Source: Octopus vulgaris
Lineage: Eukaryota
Length of the DNA: 64,000 bases
Direction: 5' to 3'
NCBI GenBank assembly: GCA_951406725.2
Contig: OX597823.1
Location: forward strand, 86,428,001 to 86,492,000
Position 1 is the stretch's first letter. The number at the start of each line of letters is the position of its first letter. The position numbers and the translations under genes are program-made. The notes below the pieces were generated by a model. The model was not told the origin of the DNA. It ran no database searches and saw nothing but the letters and a program-made list of their open reading frames with translations. Of the stretch, positions 42,901-56,770 are shown piece after piece.

Positions 42901-44051
42901 GGTTCTACAGCGACAAGTATCGATACTTTTGGTGAGAAGTTTCCAGAACATAAACTTTGATTCAGGTTTGTTCTTCTGTCGCAGCGATGTCACTTACAAT
43001 GAAGTCCATATAACAGTGTTGACAGAAACACCTGCCATTTTCTCATATCAAGACGTCATCATGTTATCGCACAAGTATAAGGGTGTTATCACTAGAAACT
43101 ATATGGAATGCTACAGTAAATATTATGTAATAGAGTGTTTCAAATTTCGTAGCTAGAATTCACCCCAATATCAAATTTTCTTATTCGAGTTGATAACAAT
43201 AAGAACGTTCAAATATTGTAATATGGGTAGATTGATTCGCCTAAACTCCTGTCACCCCCATTTCAAAATATGGCTTTCTCCTTAGCCAAATGAAATCCTT
43301 GTTTTATTCATATCATGTTTGATACAGGTCTTTTCTGTCACATATATTTTAAGCCAGTTAAGTGTATTTTACCTCATTTGATTAAAATTATATACAGAAA
43401 CATACAAAAGAAAACAGTTATAAAATAAACTGTATAAAATTACGTTTTTCTAACAGCCTTCTAAAGCGTCCATTATACGATAGCGATTATTTCTTTTTTT
43501 TCTGTGCTTCTTATAGCTTCTACGCCGATTTTAACCTCAGGTTTTAGAGAAATACAATGATTTGTTTCGAAGGAAAGAAAAAAGGTTTTATTAGATGCAG
43601 ATTTTCTTGTTTTCTTTAATATTCTTTGCAAGATCATAGAGAAATAACCATCAAAATTGTATGTAAATTATACCAATAAAGTATATATATGCAAGCTTAA
43701 ATAAAGGCAATTCCTCTCAATAAACCCGGTCTTCCAATTTAGCACAACATCTCTTTGTGGAAAGAAACTGAAGCTTGTAAATGTTTTACATATAAATGGA
43801 ATATTTTGTAGCAGCGTTGAATGGATAAAAAAAACCTTAGGCTGTAAAGGTCTGACGCAGACTACATACAGTGACAATCGTATGTCTTCTCAATACAGCC
43901 GACAACTGGCAGTTGTGTTACTTCAACCCCGCTCCTAACTAGCTACCTAGCTCGCTGCACCTGCAACTTAAACAAATGCTAATTTATTCAGATTATTCTC
44001 ATTGGCTCGAGTAATACTACAAGTCACAATAGTGTCTTCTTTCTTATTGTT

Positions 44052-44140
44052 TCTTCTTCTTCTTCTTCTTCTTCTTCTTCTTCTTCTTCTTCTTCTTCTT
44101 CTTCTTCTTCTTCTTCTTCTTCTTCTTCTTCTTCTTCTTC
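44052..44140. repeat. (CTT)n microsatellite
   Basis: Directly visible. Confidence 0.97.
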
Positions 44141-46035
44141 CCAAGCCACCTACTCTTTCAAAACAACATATTTTAATTCTTTCTTTTTTCTGCTTTTATC
44201 TTTTGTCCTTATTTGTTTCCAAGCATTAAACTCTACTCTATCGTAAAAAAAAAGTGCTTTTACAAGAATATATTCATTCATGCGCACATTGGGTGGTCTT
44301 GAAAATTCCGATTTTCCCGCCAAATGAGAATACATAATGAGAAGGACGATGTATATAATAAAGGATAGAAAAAAATAAAAAAGATATGTCAACTTACAAA
44401 TAGCTGTGAGAAATAATCTTTTAAAATTGACTTAGGAATTATAAAGCACCTTCTCTCGTTCTGTATAATCAACATTTATACAGAATTATTATCTTCCTTT
44501 ACAGCGTTGAATAAATCTTTCCCAACTAGGTATCCATTACATAGCTCAATTAAAATGTATTCAGAGCTAAGCAATATAGCAGAGCGCAAATTTTGCGAAA
44601 CGATAAAAATATTTCTTTTTTAATTACGTTTGAAGTGTTCCTAATCAGAGATTATGTGTTATATTCCACATCTGTATACTTATGTTTTACATATCTTTTC
44701 TTAATCAATTGAATATTTTCCCAGAAAATATTTTTATAAGTGTTGTCTTTCAACTAAGAAGTCCTCCAAAACTATTTAAAGATACATTGAACCGTATGCT
44801 CATTATGTTTTTTTAACTTACTTCATGAGATTTCATGATATAAATTGCAAATATATGCAAGCACTTGTTGACCTCTTGTTAAAATAACCCACCTGAAAGT
44901 TGTAGGTATAGAATAGAGTGCAATTTTGTATCATAAATAAATGCTATGTTATTAAAATTTAATGATATATACATATTAAAGTTCTTAGAATGAAAGTGCT
45001 TCATTGTCAGAGGTAATGGTGGAGAGTTTGGGATGTTCTGAAGAAACTGAAGCCAAATGAGTATTCGGATAAGAATGGAAAAATATATAACAGGAAAGAG
45101 ATATTTACTGCTATTTACAGTTAAGCTATTTCTCTTATTTTCTGTTTTCGCAGTGATTATCTTCAAAACTTTAATAACTGCTTTTGACCAGGAGTGAGGG
45201 TGTTAAGATGAAGTGGAACACAAAACATATAAGCGAGTGGTTCATGTTGTTTAACAGATTTTCGCCATCGTGCACATGGTAAATTGTCTTCAACTAGGAA
45301 CTGAATCCATTTCGAAATCTAACATTGAATCGTTCGTTAAGCTGAACCTGCTCACCTTACACCAAATTAACTTTAGCCGAATTGAAGATGATGATGAACT
45401 GTGAGAGATAATTCGTTTAATATGAGATAAATCCATGTTAAACTAACGGAAAGCATGATTACATATACACGCTCATTGCTTTAAATACAGTATAGTATAG
45501 CATTCTTCACTATCTCAATATATCTATAGCAACTTTTTTCATTTTTAATAAGATCCTTTATAATACTGATATACGGAAAATTTGAAATTTCTACCCCAAT
45601 AACAGCAAAGTTTTGATACCCATGTATAAAACAATAATCTAAAAGACTTCTTAGACCAATAACTGATCTGTGACCTTATAAACCTCCCAGATAAATCACT
45701 TAAGGAATCACAAATCTGATTGCTTTATATTTAATCGATGTCGTGGAAGCCCATTTAAGATTTTGTTATCGAAGTTTTTTTATTAGCAATAAACTGGTTA
45801 TACTACTACAATAGAGAAAATATGTTCAAAAAATTATCTAAAGTGATGAAACGGTGAGCAGCCAGAACACACTACGATGGTATGGAGAGGAAGTTTACTG
45901 GAGTTAGAGTAAGCGGTTTCAAAACAAAATTATCAACTGGATTTATTCAAACCAGGGAAAGACAAAATTTCAAATCATTGTCCACATTTGTTTTTAAATT
46001 AAGAGCCCACGATCTGCAGCTGCGAAAGCTGGTGT

Positions 46036-46294
<259 letters not shown>

Positions 46295-46765
46295 CACCCT
46301 GCTAATTTCATTACAATCTCGAGTGCGAGGATTCACGGGGTTGTTTACCTGGATTCCATGACGCATAAGTGAACGAGATCGCGGCATTACGGCTCCATTG
46401 CAGGGTTACTCGTTTACAACCGAAAGGGCAAAAGCAACGTTAGACACGTTGTACTGCCTGGTCCAAAAATCGAAACACGATATCGCGTGCAAAATTCTAA
46501 GCACTAGGCATTGCATAGTTGCTTGTGCCCACACTACTGGGCATATACTATAGTCACATACATGTTATCTAGAGCTACAATTATATTTTAACGTAGTAAT
46601 CTAATTGTATGCTCTACGTGATTGAAATATGCCAGTTTCTGAATTAATAGACATCATTCTTCAATAATAGTTTCGTGAGTGTAAATATCTGAGGTCAAAG
46701 GAAATGTCTATTGGAGAATTTTCATCGGTCTGGATATTCTCGTATGTTTCCGTATATTTCTGTAG

Positions 46766-47155
46766 TGGAGGCGCAATAGCCCCGTGGTTAGGCAGCGGAC
46801 TCGCGGTCGTAGGATCGCGGTTTCGATTCCCAGACCGGGCGTTGTGAGTGTTTATTGAGCGAAAACACCTAAAGCTCCACGAGGCTCCGGCAGGGGATGG
46901 TGGTGATCCCTGCTGTATTCTTTCACCACAACTTTCTCTCACTCTTACTTCCTGTTTCTGTTGTACCTGTATTTCAAAGGGCCGGCCTTGTCACTCTCTG
47001 TGTCACGCTGAATATCCCCGAGAACTACGTTAAAGGTACACGCGTCTGTGGAGTGCTCAGCCACTTGCACGTTAATTTCACGAGCAGGCTGTTCCGTTGA
47101 TCGGATCAACCGGAACCCTCGTCGTCGTAACCGACGGAGTGCTTCCATCCATCCA
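46766..47155 (+). mobile_element. SINE family C
   Basis: Near-identical to 6390-6770; TSD ATATTTCTGTA. Confidence 0.88.
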
Positions 47156-47339
47156 TATTTCTGTAACACTCTAATGACTGAAATATGTAAAAGATAAACA
47201 TACATCTGCACATATATACATATGCATATCTACATACAATATGATACAGGCATGGCCATTGGAGTTCTCTCACTTAACACATTGAAATGATGAGCCACAC
47301 ACACACACACGCACACACACACATATATATATATATATG

Positions 47340-48440
47340 CTGTGATAGGCAGAGTGTCACCGTTTTATATTTTCAATTTCGTGCATGCGCATTGTTTACT
47401 CTTGATTTTGTCGACTACACAGTGTAGTAGGATCAGTTGGGCACCGCTTGTGAGAAAAACAGCACCATGACACAATTCACTCTGCCAGAAATTTGGAAAC
47501 GACATACTGTACTGCTTGGCATTAGCACCGGAAGCTACATTACGAACATTTCAGAGTGTTTGGGTGTCAAAGTGAGGACAGTGAAGAGGATTCGAAAACA
47601 GTTAGATGAGTCTAATGGTGATTACGAAGGTACGGCAGCTCGGAAAACTCACCATGAACGTTGTGATAAGATTCGAACTCCTGAAATGTCTGGTGAGATC
47701 CATGCCATGATTGACAAAAATCCCTCCAAGTCAATCAGATTAGTCCATCGCAAGGGACATGGGAGTGTCTGAGTTTCTTATCAGGTAGGTAGCGCACGAA
47801 GACATTCGGTATTCCTAATACAAGATGAGAGAGAGTCAATTTTTATCCCAAGCCATCAAGGGAAAGAAGAAACACCACGATACCAAGCCTTTGAACAAAC
47901 TGAAGCATCCCCTCCAACCGAGCATGCTTTGGTTATTATCAGACAAGAAAAATTTCTTGCAGAATCAGACGGTGAACATACAAAAACTGTTGGGTTCTCG
48001 TGCCCCCAAAACATGTACCGAGAGTGATAAAAATCAAACATCCAATCAACATCATGGTGTTTGCAATGATCACTAGTGATAGTGACGTTATACCTCCATT
48101 CATTTTCCTACACAGCCTCAGACTCAGACTCAACAGGGAGGACTACATCAAGTGCCTGAGGGAGGTAGTGCTGCCCTGGGTCTAGAGAGTGGCTGCAGGA
48201 AGATCCTATGTCTGACAACAGGACTCTGCACCATGCCACACAAGCAGGAGAACCAAGTCATGGCTATCAGAAAATTTCTGCGCCCACATTACCCTTAACA
48301 TATGACCGCATACCCCTTAAATTCTAGTTGAAGCTAATGGCGATTTTGTCGAAAAAATTCACTTTTTTTATGCAATTTTGGTAAATATATATGTTAAAAT
48401 GAGATGTCAGGGTTATTTTCGTTTTTACATAACTTAGACA
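47340..48440 (+). mobile_element. Decayed Tc1/mariner-superfamily element, probably maT/DD37D type
   Basis: HTH-like ISECLGVKVRTVKRIRK (47437-47772); WLLSDKKNF; IMVFAMITSDSDVIPPFIF; YIKCLREVVLPW; QQDSAPCHT. Frameshifted. Confidence 0.8.
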
Positions 48441-48451
48441 ATTTATGCACC

Positions 48452-48549
<98 letters not shown>

Positions 48550-48646
48550 TATATATATATGTATTATACTTATATATATATGTATGTATACTTATATATA
48601 TATATATATACTTATATATATATATGTATACTTATACATATATATA

Positions 48647-48746
<100 letters not shown>

Positions 48747-49027
48747 ACATGCATAAACACACACACACAGACACATGAGCGTTCAGCTTTTTCCGACCGA
48801 CCTGCACAAATGATTTGTTTATAGAGATCAAATGTTCGTGCTGCACATTAGCTCCCTCTCTCCATGAAATCGATGTTGTCTGAACAGGTGCGCAGTGTAC
48901 CATGCGTCAGGTGTTGATGTGATTGCAGAGCAGCGTGAGAGGAAGTGTCTTCCTCAAGAACACATCGCACTACACGGTGTAGCGATCATAAATACAATAC
49001 TCTAGCCAATAGGCCAAGCGCCCTCAC

Positions 49028-49081
<54 letters not shown>

Positions 49082-49145
49082 CTTAAGTTGAAGCACCAAA
49101 ATTTAGTCTGGTATTATCCGTACATCTTCGAAATAAGGTGAAGAA

Positions 49146-49759
49146 AATCAAAATAAGCAACAGGATATCCAGCGGTGATGCAGTACGATCGTTTCAAGCG
49201 GATCCATTTAATTGAACAATGCAATCATCTCATCAATTTAAATGTAGGGCTATCCTCAGCTGCATAAAAAAATAGAATTTTTTAATCAGTCGGACATATT
49301 TGTATAATTTTACTTAAATCCTCTAATACTACTTAAAAATAATCTTGTCAAGTTTTATGACTACACCCACTAAGATTCTGCCAACTCCCTCATGCCCTTT
49401 CCTAACAGACACTAGTCTCTAGTCTTAGATTTGATAGACAAACATTTGATAAACAAGACTAATAAATTAAAACTGAACCAAAATCAGTGGCAAGCTATGA
49501 CCCAAACAAATTATTTTTCCTGATGTCTTAGAAACTTCTAAACTGAAGCGACAATAGCATGGACATTGTGTATCTTCTTACCCTATTAGAAGTTTTAAGT
49601 AAAATTATACAAATATGTCCGACTGATTAAAAGAATTATATTTATTTATTTATGCTGCTGAGGATAACCCTGCAATAAAATTGCAGTGTTTAATTAAATG
49701 AAGCCACTTGAAGCGGTCGTACTGCATCACCTCTGGATATCCCGTTGCTTATTTTGATT
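49146..49759. mobile_element. Fold-back PLE-terminus-like insertion with ~180-bp inverted arms (49146-49328 / 49584-49759), each carrying an outward-facing HHR
   Basis: AATCAAAATAAGCAAC...TTAATCAGTCGGACATATTTGTATAATTTTACTTAA pairs with its reverse complement on the right. Lies near (TA)n. Confidence 0.75.
49178..49265 (-). ncRNA. Type I hammerhead ribozyme
   Basis: Minus strand: ATGCAG-CTGAGGA-T-AGC...(CATTTAAATTGA/TCAATTAAATG)...GCT-T-GAA-ACGATCGT-A-CTGCAT. Helix I is 6 bp and helix III is a perfect palindrome. A degraded copy (GAAG instead of GAAA) lies at 49652-49727 (+). Confidence 0.8.
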
Positions 49760-49982
49760 ATATATATAAACCATTTGTAGCACTTAAGGACATGCATTGA
49801 GTCCTTTAAATACATATTTATCTCTCATCAGAGGAAAACTATTTTTGTTGAATTTTCTATCACATTACATATATATGTTATACAATAAAGTCAATTTCAA
49901 TCTAGCTTGCTTGCTTGCAATGTTACCCAGGCAAACTGGCGCATAATGGAAAAATACTATGGATTAAGCTTACACTGAAATG

Positions 49983-50365
49983 TGGAGGCGCAATGGCCCA
50001 GTGGTTAGGGCAGCGGACTCGCGGTCGGAGGATCGCGGTTTCGATTCCCAAACCGGGCATTGTGAGTGTTTATTGAGCGAAAACACCTAAAGCTCCACGA
50101 GGCTCCGGCAGGGGGTGGTGGTGAACCCTGCTGTACTCTTTCACCACAACTTTCTCTCACTCTTTCTTCCTGTTTCTCTTGTACCTGTATTTCAAAGGGC
50201 CAGCCTTGTCACATTCTGTGTGTCACGCTGAATCTCCTCGAGAACTACGTTAAGGGTACACGTGTCTGTGGAGTGCTCAGCCATTTGCACGTTAATATCA
50301 CCAGCAAGCTCTTCCGTTGATCGTATCAGCTGGGACCTTCATCGTCGCAACCGACGGAGTGCTCC
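49983..50365 (+). mobile_element. SINE family C
   Basis: Same consensus; TSD TACACTGAAAT. Confidence 0.88.
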
Positions 50366-50876
50366 TACACTGAAATATTAATAGGGAGGGAATGAAATAT
50401 GTTTCATGTAAATTGGAGCAGTAGATAATGAGATATTCGGGATATGGAGTACAAATACCCAAATCGTGGCATAATGTGAAAATGTGAAAATTTAACTTCA
50501 TCCTGAAAGGGAAGAAAACTCTAACCTTCGATTAGACTGATTTGACAACGAAAAAATACGATTTGTTTTTTTACAGTCTCTATAAATATATATATATATA
50601 CGCACGTACAACCTACGACAGGGTAACAGTCATATATACAACTTGTACAGACACACATATAAGTACATAAACATACGTTTACATGTACTTACACATATGA
50701 ACACTCGCGGACACGTCTACACACATACATAAATGCTCACATACATGCATACATACATACATACATACATACATACATACATACATACATGCGTATATGC
50801 GTATATACATGCATACGCATCAACACATCTGCATTCGTACAAGCATACATGCACGCACACTTAATGCACACATGCA

Positions 50877-50907
<31 letters not shown>

Positions 50908-51064
50908 CTCACCTTCAAAGATTTGGCTGCTATTTCTAGCACGCCCTGCTACTACCTAACAGCTTATTGCGATAAAGGATCCGACATACCTGTTACGTGG
51001 TAGCAGGGCGTTTGCTGGGAAACTGAGTTTCCCGGTGACACAGTGACTAGTCTAGTCTAGTCTC

Positions 51065-51121
<57 letters not shown>

Positions 51122-51124
51122 AAT

Positions 51125-51695
51125 TTTTCTTTTCTGAATTAGATAAAAAGAAACCCAAAGCTGTGAATATTTTAGAACATCTATAAATAGGTCTTACAGC
51201 TGTTTTCAGGATAATTATTATATCCCTTCATCGGAGACGGTGTAAGAGAATGGTTAAGCAATAGTTAATTTAAATAAAATACGAAATAGAAAGTGAAGTG
51301 GAGGAATGAAACTAGATGTGAGACATGCAGGGATATTGCATTTGTAGATCCATTATTTAGGCAGAATGTAATTTGTGAGTAAATTGACGAATTTTAGATA
51401 CTATTGGATTTTACTCACAAGGTATTGGAATCTTATATATATATAGCATACTGCCTAAATAATGGATCTACAAATGCAATATCTTTGCATATCTCACATC
51501 TATTTTCATTCCTCCACTTCACTCCCTATTTCGTATTTTATCTCAATTAACTATTGCTTAACCATTTTCTCACACCGTCTCCGATGAAGGGATATAATAA
51601 TTATCCTGGAAACATCTGTAAGTTCTTCTATTTATAAATGTTCTAGAATCTTCACGGCCTTGTTTTTTTTTTATCTCATTCTGAAAAAAAAAACA
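51125..51695. mobile_element. Fold-back PLE-terminus-like insertion with ~245-bp inverted arms and outward-facing HHRs
   Basis: Arms ~51125-51368 and ~51445-51695 are reverse complements (e.g. GATATTGCATTTGTAGATCCATTATTTAGGCAG / CTGCCTAAATAATGGATCTACAAATGCAATATC). Starts directly after (TA)n. Confidence 0.8.
51191..51238 (-). ncRNA. Minimal hammerhead-like motif with a U4C core variant
   Basis: Minus strand: GTCT-CCGATGA-A-GGGATA-TAATAAT-TATCCT-GAAA-ACAGCTGT-A-AGAC. One extra A near GAAA. A second copy lies at 51577-51624 (+). Confidence 0.65.
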
Positions 51696-51867
51696 TTATA
51701 CCTACGCATGCTGATATATGACCTACGTTGGACTCCTTATTCGCATAATCACCGAACCTGGAGCTTAACTATGGTCCATTCATAGCACTTATTCAGCATT
51801 ACCTCACACCTTTGGGTCTTACTGGCACCATTACTTCTCATAACCTCTCTCTCTCTCTCTCTCTCTC

Positions 51868-51927
<60 letters not shown>

Positions 51928-51994
51928 CTTTTCTCTTCCCACGAAATTACTGGCCTTGTGCTAACATTGGAAATTAACATTTATACATACATAC

Positions 51995-52051
<57 letters not shown>

Positions 52052-52698
52052 GTAATCATGCATAAGCGTATATGTATTTATATGTTATATCATATAGACG
52101 TCACAGCTACATAAATATATGGACCATTGACTTTCACGGTAATTTATGGTAATTTAAAACGATTTAGTTATTATTTCCAGCAAGGTGAGTGACCACTTAG
52201 AATTTTCTTTCTAGGCCACTAATCTCATACGTGTTATCAGTGTTCGTCTGCTGCACAAATACGTGTTTGCTGAAAGCGTTTGCTGAGATATAAACCCGTT
52301 TCTCTAACAGTGCACATGTTACTGCGATATCAAGTGTCTTGTTTGTATGTCAACGCTTTTATAGAGTTGATTGTTTGCTCTCTTTTGAAACGTATAGTTC
52401 CAACAAAAACAAAGCCAAAACAAAACAGCAAAAATGAGAAAGCAGTGAATGCTTTTGACATGTTTGCATATCTTCCTATATAGTTGTAGACATATAAGTA
52501 AAATGAACAATGAAGGTGAATGGCCACGTGGTTTGCTTGTCAATCGTGAGATCGCGAGTACGATTCTTGGACTGAGCGGTGCATTAAGACCTTTATTAAA
52601 GCATTTCATTTTATGTTGCACCAATCTACTCAGCAAGATTTAGTACCAATATAATGCAGATACAGCTGTTTTTTTCCATCCATTAATTGAACGTGGAA

Positions 52699-53116
52699 TC
52701 TTATTTCTTTATTGCCCACAAGGGGCTAAACACAGAGGGGACAAACAAGGACAGACAAAGGTATTAAGTCGATTACATTGACCCAGTGCGTAACTGGTGC
52801 TTAATTTATCGACCCCGAAAGGATGAAAGGCAAAGTCGACCTCGGCGGAATTTGAACTCTGAACGTAGCGGTAGACGAAATACCTATTTCTTTATTACCC
52901 ACAAGGGGCTAAACATAGAGGGGACAAACATGGATAGACATAGGTATTAAGTCGATCATATCGACCCCAGTGCTTAACTGGTACTTAATTTATCGACCCC
53001 GAAAGGATGAAAGGCAAAGTCGACCTCGGCGGAATTTGAACTCACAACGTAATGGCAGCCGAAATACCGCTAAGCATTTCGCCCGACGTGCTAACGATTC
53101 TGCTAGCTCGCCGCCT
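52699..53116 (-). mobile_element. SINE family A dimer
   Basis: Two reverse-complement units. Confidence 0.85.
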
Positions 53117-54889
53117 TTCATCCTTTCGCGTTAGACGAAATACCGCTAGGCGTTTCACCTGGCATGCTAACGTTTCTGCCAGCTCGTTTCTGCATGTGTC
53201 ATTTTCTGTCGTGTCGTGTTGTCCCATGACCTGAAACAGAAATTGCGTAGACAGAAAGTGTTTCGAAGCCTTTCGAATGGATTGCATGTCGGGCACTTAA
53301 TTGTGTTAAGGTTACACGGTTCTTTGATCTGTCGAGAAAAAATAAAAGAGTATCAACTTAGTGATGATGCAACTCTTTGTTTCCCGCTTCAGCCTGCTAA
53401 CATATCCTCGACATGAAGGGTGGAAGGGCCGATGATGTGTTGATGTATCAAATGGGCACCAAAAACAACGAGCAAAAGTTTACTGCATTGGACCTAGTCG
53501 CACTGGTCTGCGAGTGACAGCTAACTTAAGCCGATCTACACACAGACAAATGATGTGTGTGTGTGTGCGTGTATATATATATATATGTTTGAGTGTGTAT
53601 AGGCAGTGTATGACTGAATGTTCAACCACTTTTTTACAATCATAGGATTCTCGATCCATTATTTTGTAAAGCCTCTAAGGTGGTGAGCTGGCAGAATCGT
53701 TAGTAAGCCGGGCGAAATGCCGCTCCGTTCTGAGTTCAAAGTCCTGAGTTCAGAGGCCGACTTTGCCTTTCATCCTTTCGTGGTCGATAAATTAAGTACC
53801 AGTTGAGTACTGGGGTCGATGTAATCGACTTAACCCCTCCCACTAAAAGAAATTCCAGGCCTTGTACGTCTAGCAGAAAGGATTTCTAAAGAGTTGACTT
53901 ATAACCTCAAAGTAAAAGTGGGATTGACAGAAATTGTCTGGAATCCCTTAGAATGGATTACACCTATAGCGCTGGATCTACTTCAGAATTATATTTTTAC
54001 ACATGTTTATGGAATACTCTGTCTCTTGCACGCTAATTAACAAAGTCCGGTAGTTCAAGTGATGAAGAATTGAAAATTCAAGTTCGGGAATTCAGTGTAT
54101 TTCTGTGTTACTTTTACTAAGCCTGATCAAGATCTGAAGCAAATAGTCAACATACTAATTTGTATTCTTTTTATACCATTGGAATTTAATGCTTCTTTCT
54201 TAAACTTATATTCTAATACGAAAGGAACTGTGACTGCAATCTTTCAACCAATTAGCAATCAGATTACTTTGTCACATGAAATGCTTATGTATTTTCATTT
54301 CTTTTTCAATTAATTATTCATTTTCTTGTACCTTCGAAATTTCAATGTTGTGATTGTTGTCGTTTCAAAATGGCATTGTAGGTTAGATATGAGAAAACAG
54401 ATCTTGGTTTAATATGTGGGTCTCATATGGTCAGCTTAAATGCTAACGGGTTGAACAGTCCAAAATAATGCATCATCTACGACATGTAATATATGTATAT
54501 CCAACCTCTAGCCATCAGTTGACACTTACAATGCAATAGAAATTTTTTCAGTCATAATTTGTGCGAGTAATGTAGCGTTTCGCCACGTCGAAACCAATGA
54601 ACTATGATTTTCCATAAAAACGAATTGCATACGATAACGTGGGTCTAAACAAATATAATCTGAAGAATTTTTACCCCAGCAGAACAAATAGGGAAGACCA
54701 ACCGTAATTACTTGAGTGATCAAGAACCACCATGAATTCCAGTTATGAGCTCATCTCATCCTTAAGAGATCATGGCTAATTAAGAAGGATAAATGCACAT
54801 GCTGTTGGTGCTAGCTAAAAGAAAATAAAACAGAAAGAATAATCACTAGGGTGCTTATATTGAAATTATATAATAAATTATGTAATCAG

Positions 54890-55825
54890 GGGTAGGAGTG
54901 GCGGTGTGTTATGTAGCTTACTTACGAACCACATGGTTCCGGGTTCAGTCCAACTGCCTGGCATCTTGTCTTCTATTATAGCCTCAGGCCGACCAAAGCC
55001 TTTTGAGTGGATTTGATAGACGGAAACTGAAAAAAGTCCGTCGTATATATGTAAATATATATATATATGTGTGTGTGTACTTGTGTGTCTGTGTTTGTCA
55101 ACCCAACATCGCTTGACAACCGATGCTGGTGTGTTTATGTCCTCGTAACTAAGCGGTTCGGCAAAAGAGACCGATAGAATAAGTACTAGGCTTACAAAGA
55201 ATAAGTCCCGGGGTCGATTTGCTCGACTAAAAGCTGTGCTCCAGCATGGCCCCAGTTCAATGACTGAAACAAGTAAAAGTGTAAGTGTAATCAAGAGTGT
55301 AGCCATTGGTGTTGACATTGCTGGAGATGTAGCCAACTTACGTTGGAATATATTCCTCAAACGATACTTAACAGAGAAATCTAAACTTCTATATATTAAT
55401 ATGGACAACACAAACATGATTATAAACCAATCCACAAGATGATACACAGGATATTGTTTTCTTTTATTCGTTTCAGTCGATTGACTGCGGCCATGCTGTA
55501 GCACCGCTTTTAGTTGAACAAATCGACCCCAGGACTTATTCTTTGGAAGCCTAGTACTTATTCTATCGGTCTCTTTTACCGAACCGCTAGGTTACGGGAA
55601 CATAAATACACCAGCATCGGTTATCAAGCGATGTTAGGTGGGGGGACAAACACGAACACATAAACATATACACACACGTACATATATATATATATATACG
55701 ACGGGCTTCTTTTAGTTTCCGTCTACCAAATCCACTCACAAGGTTTTGGTTGGCCCGAGGCTATAGTAGAAGACACTTGTCGAAGGTGCCATGCAAGTTA
55801 CTTACCACATAGCCATTCTTGCGTG
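54890..55825. mobile_element. Two SINE family B copies in convergent orientation (54890-55280 +, 55460-55825 -)
   Basis: Both match the family B consensus, separated by a ~180-bp spacer. Confidence 0.85.
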
Positions 55826-55899
55826 TATATATAAAAATATATATACACTTTGGTAAAAATCGAACAGATATCAAGCAGCGAGCGTTTATCATATCTTGA

Positions 55900-56350
55900 T
55901 GTGTCACAACGGCGAGAAATTATGAAAGGTAAGAACCAAATTCTTCATTCACATTATATGAAATTTGCGACCGTGAAGCACCTGGGCTCGAGAGTTTTGC
56001 TATATCAACAAACGCATAAACAAGCATTTTGATAGCAGACCTAGTAAGGGTCATGAAGAATACATTTCCTGTGTCTCCCCTATGAACGGAGAAAACATTT
56101 ACAGGATTTCATCTGACACGCAATTTTCTAAATAGAACAAACAAAATTAGATGAAGGTTTATAAAAAAAATCAGAAAAAAATACTTTGAAATGGTCACCA
56201 GCTTTGATGTAAATGGATTGTGCTCTAACGACAGCACCAAATTCTGGAACAAATTTAAAGAACAAAGAAATGTGAACCAGAAAATACTTCTGGTATTAGT
56301 GATACCGAAGTTCGTCGATGCTACATCAAGAGGTGAACTAGAATACAAAA
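55900..56350 (+). pseudogene. Possible heavily decayed PLE RT fragment
   Basis: MVTSFDVNGLCSN resembles PLE RT motif A (LVSFDV.SLYTN). Upstream QTHK...SRP resembles PKIHK...RP. Confidence 0.3.
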
Positions 56351-56535
56351 TTCGAAAAGCTATTTAAATTAAAAAAGGTACAAAGTTTACTGTTTCAGTA
56401 GTTGATTAAAAAAAAAACAGGTACACCCATCGTGTAACTCAAAGAATAGAGATAGTATTTAAATACAAGAGCCCCACAACCACCATATTGTATACACTTG
56501 GTGACGTATACATTCTTAATGTATTCAGAGAGATT

Positions 56536-56770
56536 AGCGGCGAGCTGGCAGAAACGCGCTAGCGCGTCGGGCGAAATGCTTAGCAGTATTTCGTCTGTCG
56601 TTACGTGCTGAGTTCGAATTTCGCCGAGGTCGACTTTGCCTTTCATCCTTTCGAGGTCAATAAATAATGTACCAGCTTCGCACTGGGGTCGATGTAATAG
56701 ACTTGATCCGTTTGTCTGTCCTTGTTTGTCCCCTCTATGTTTAGCCCCTTGTGGGCAGTAAAGAAATATA
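56536..56770 (+). mobile_element. SINE family A monomer with TSD
   Basis: Flanked by TATTCAGAG(A/G)GATTA on both sides. Older family A copies lie near 5110-5580, 14205-14420, 30910-31125, 31635-32080, 35328-35512, 42155-42365 and 53678-53885. Confidence 0.85.

Noticed and set aside
54878-55504. 208-aa ORF, the longest in the track
   Set aside because: It spans two SINE B copies and their spacer, with no recognisable domain.
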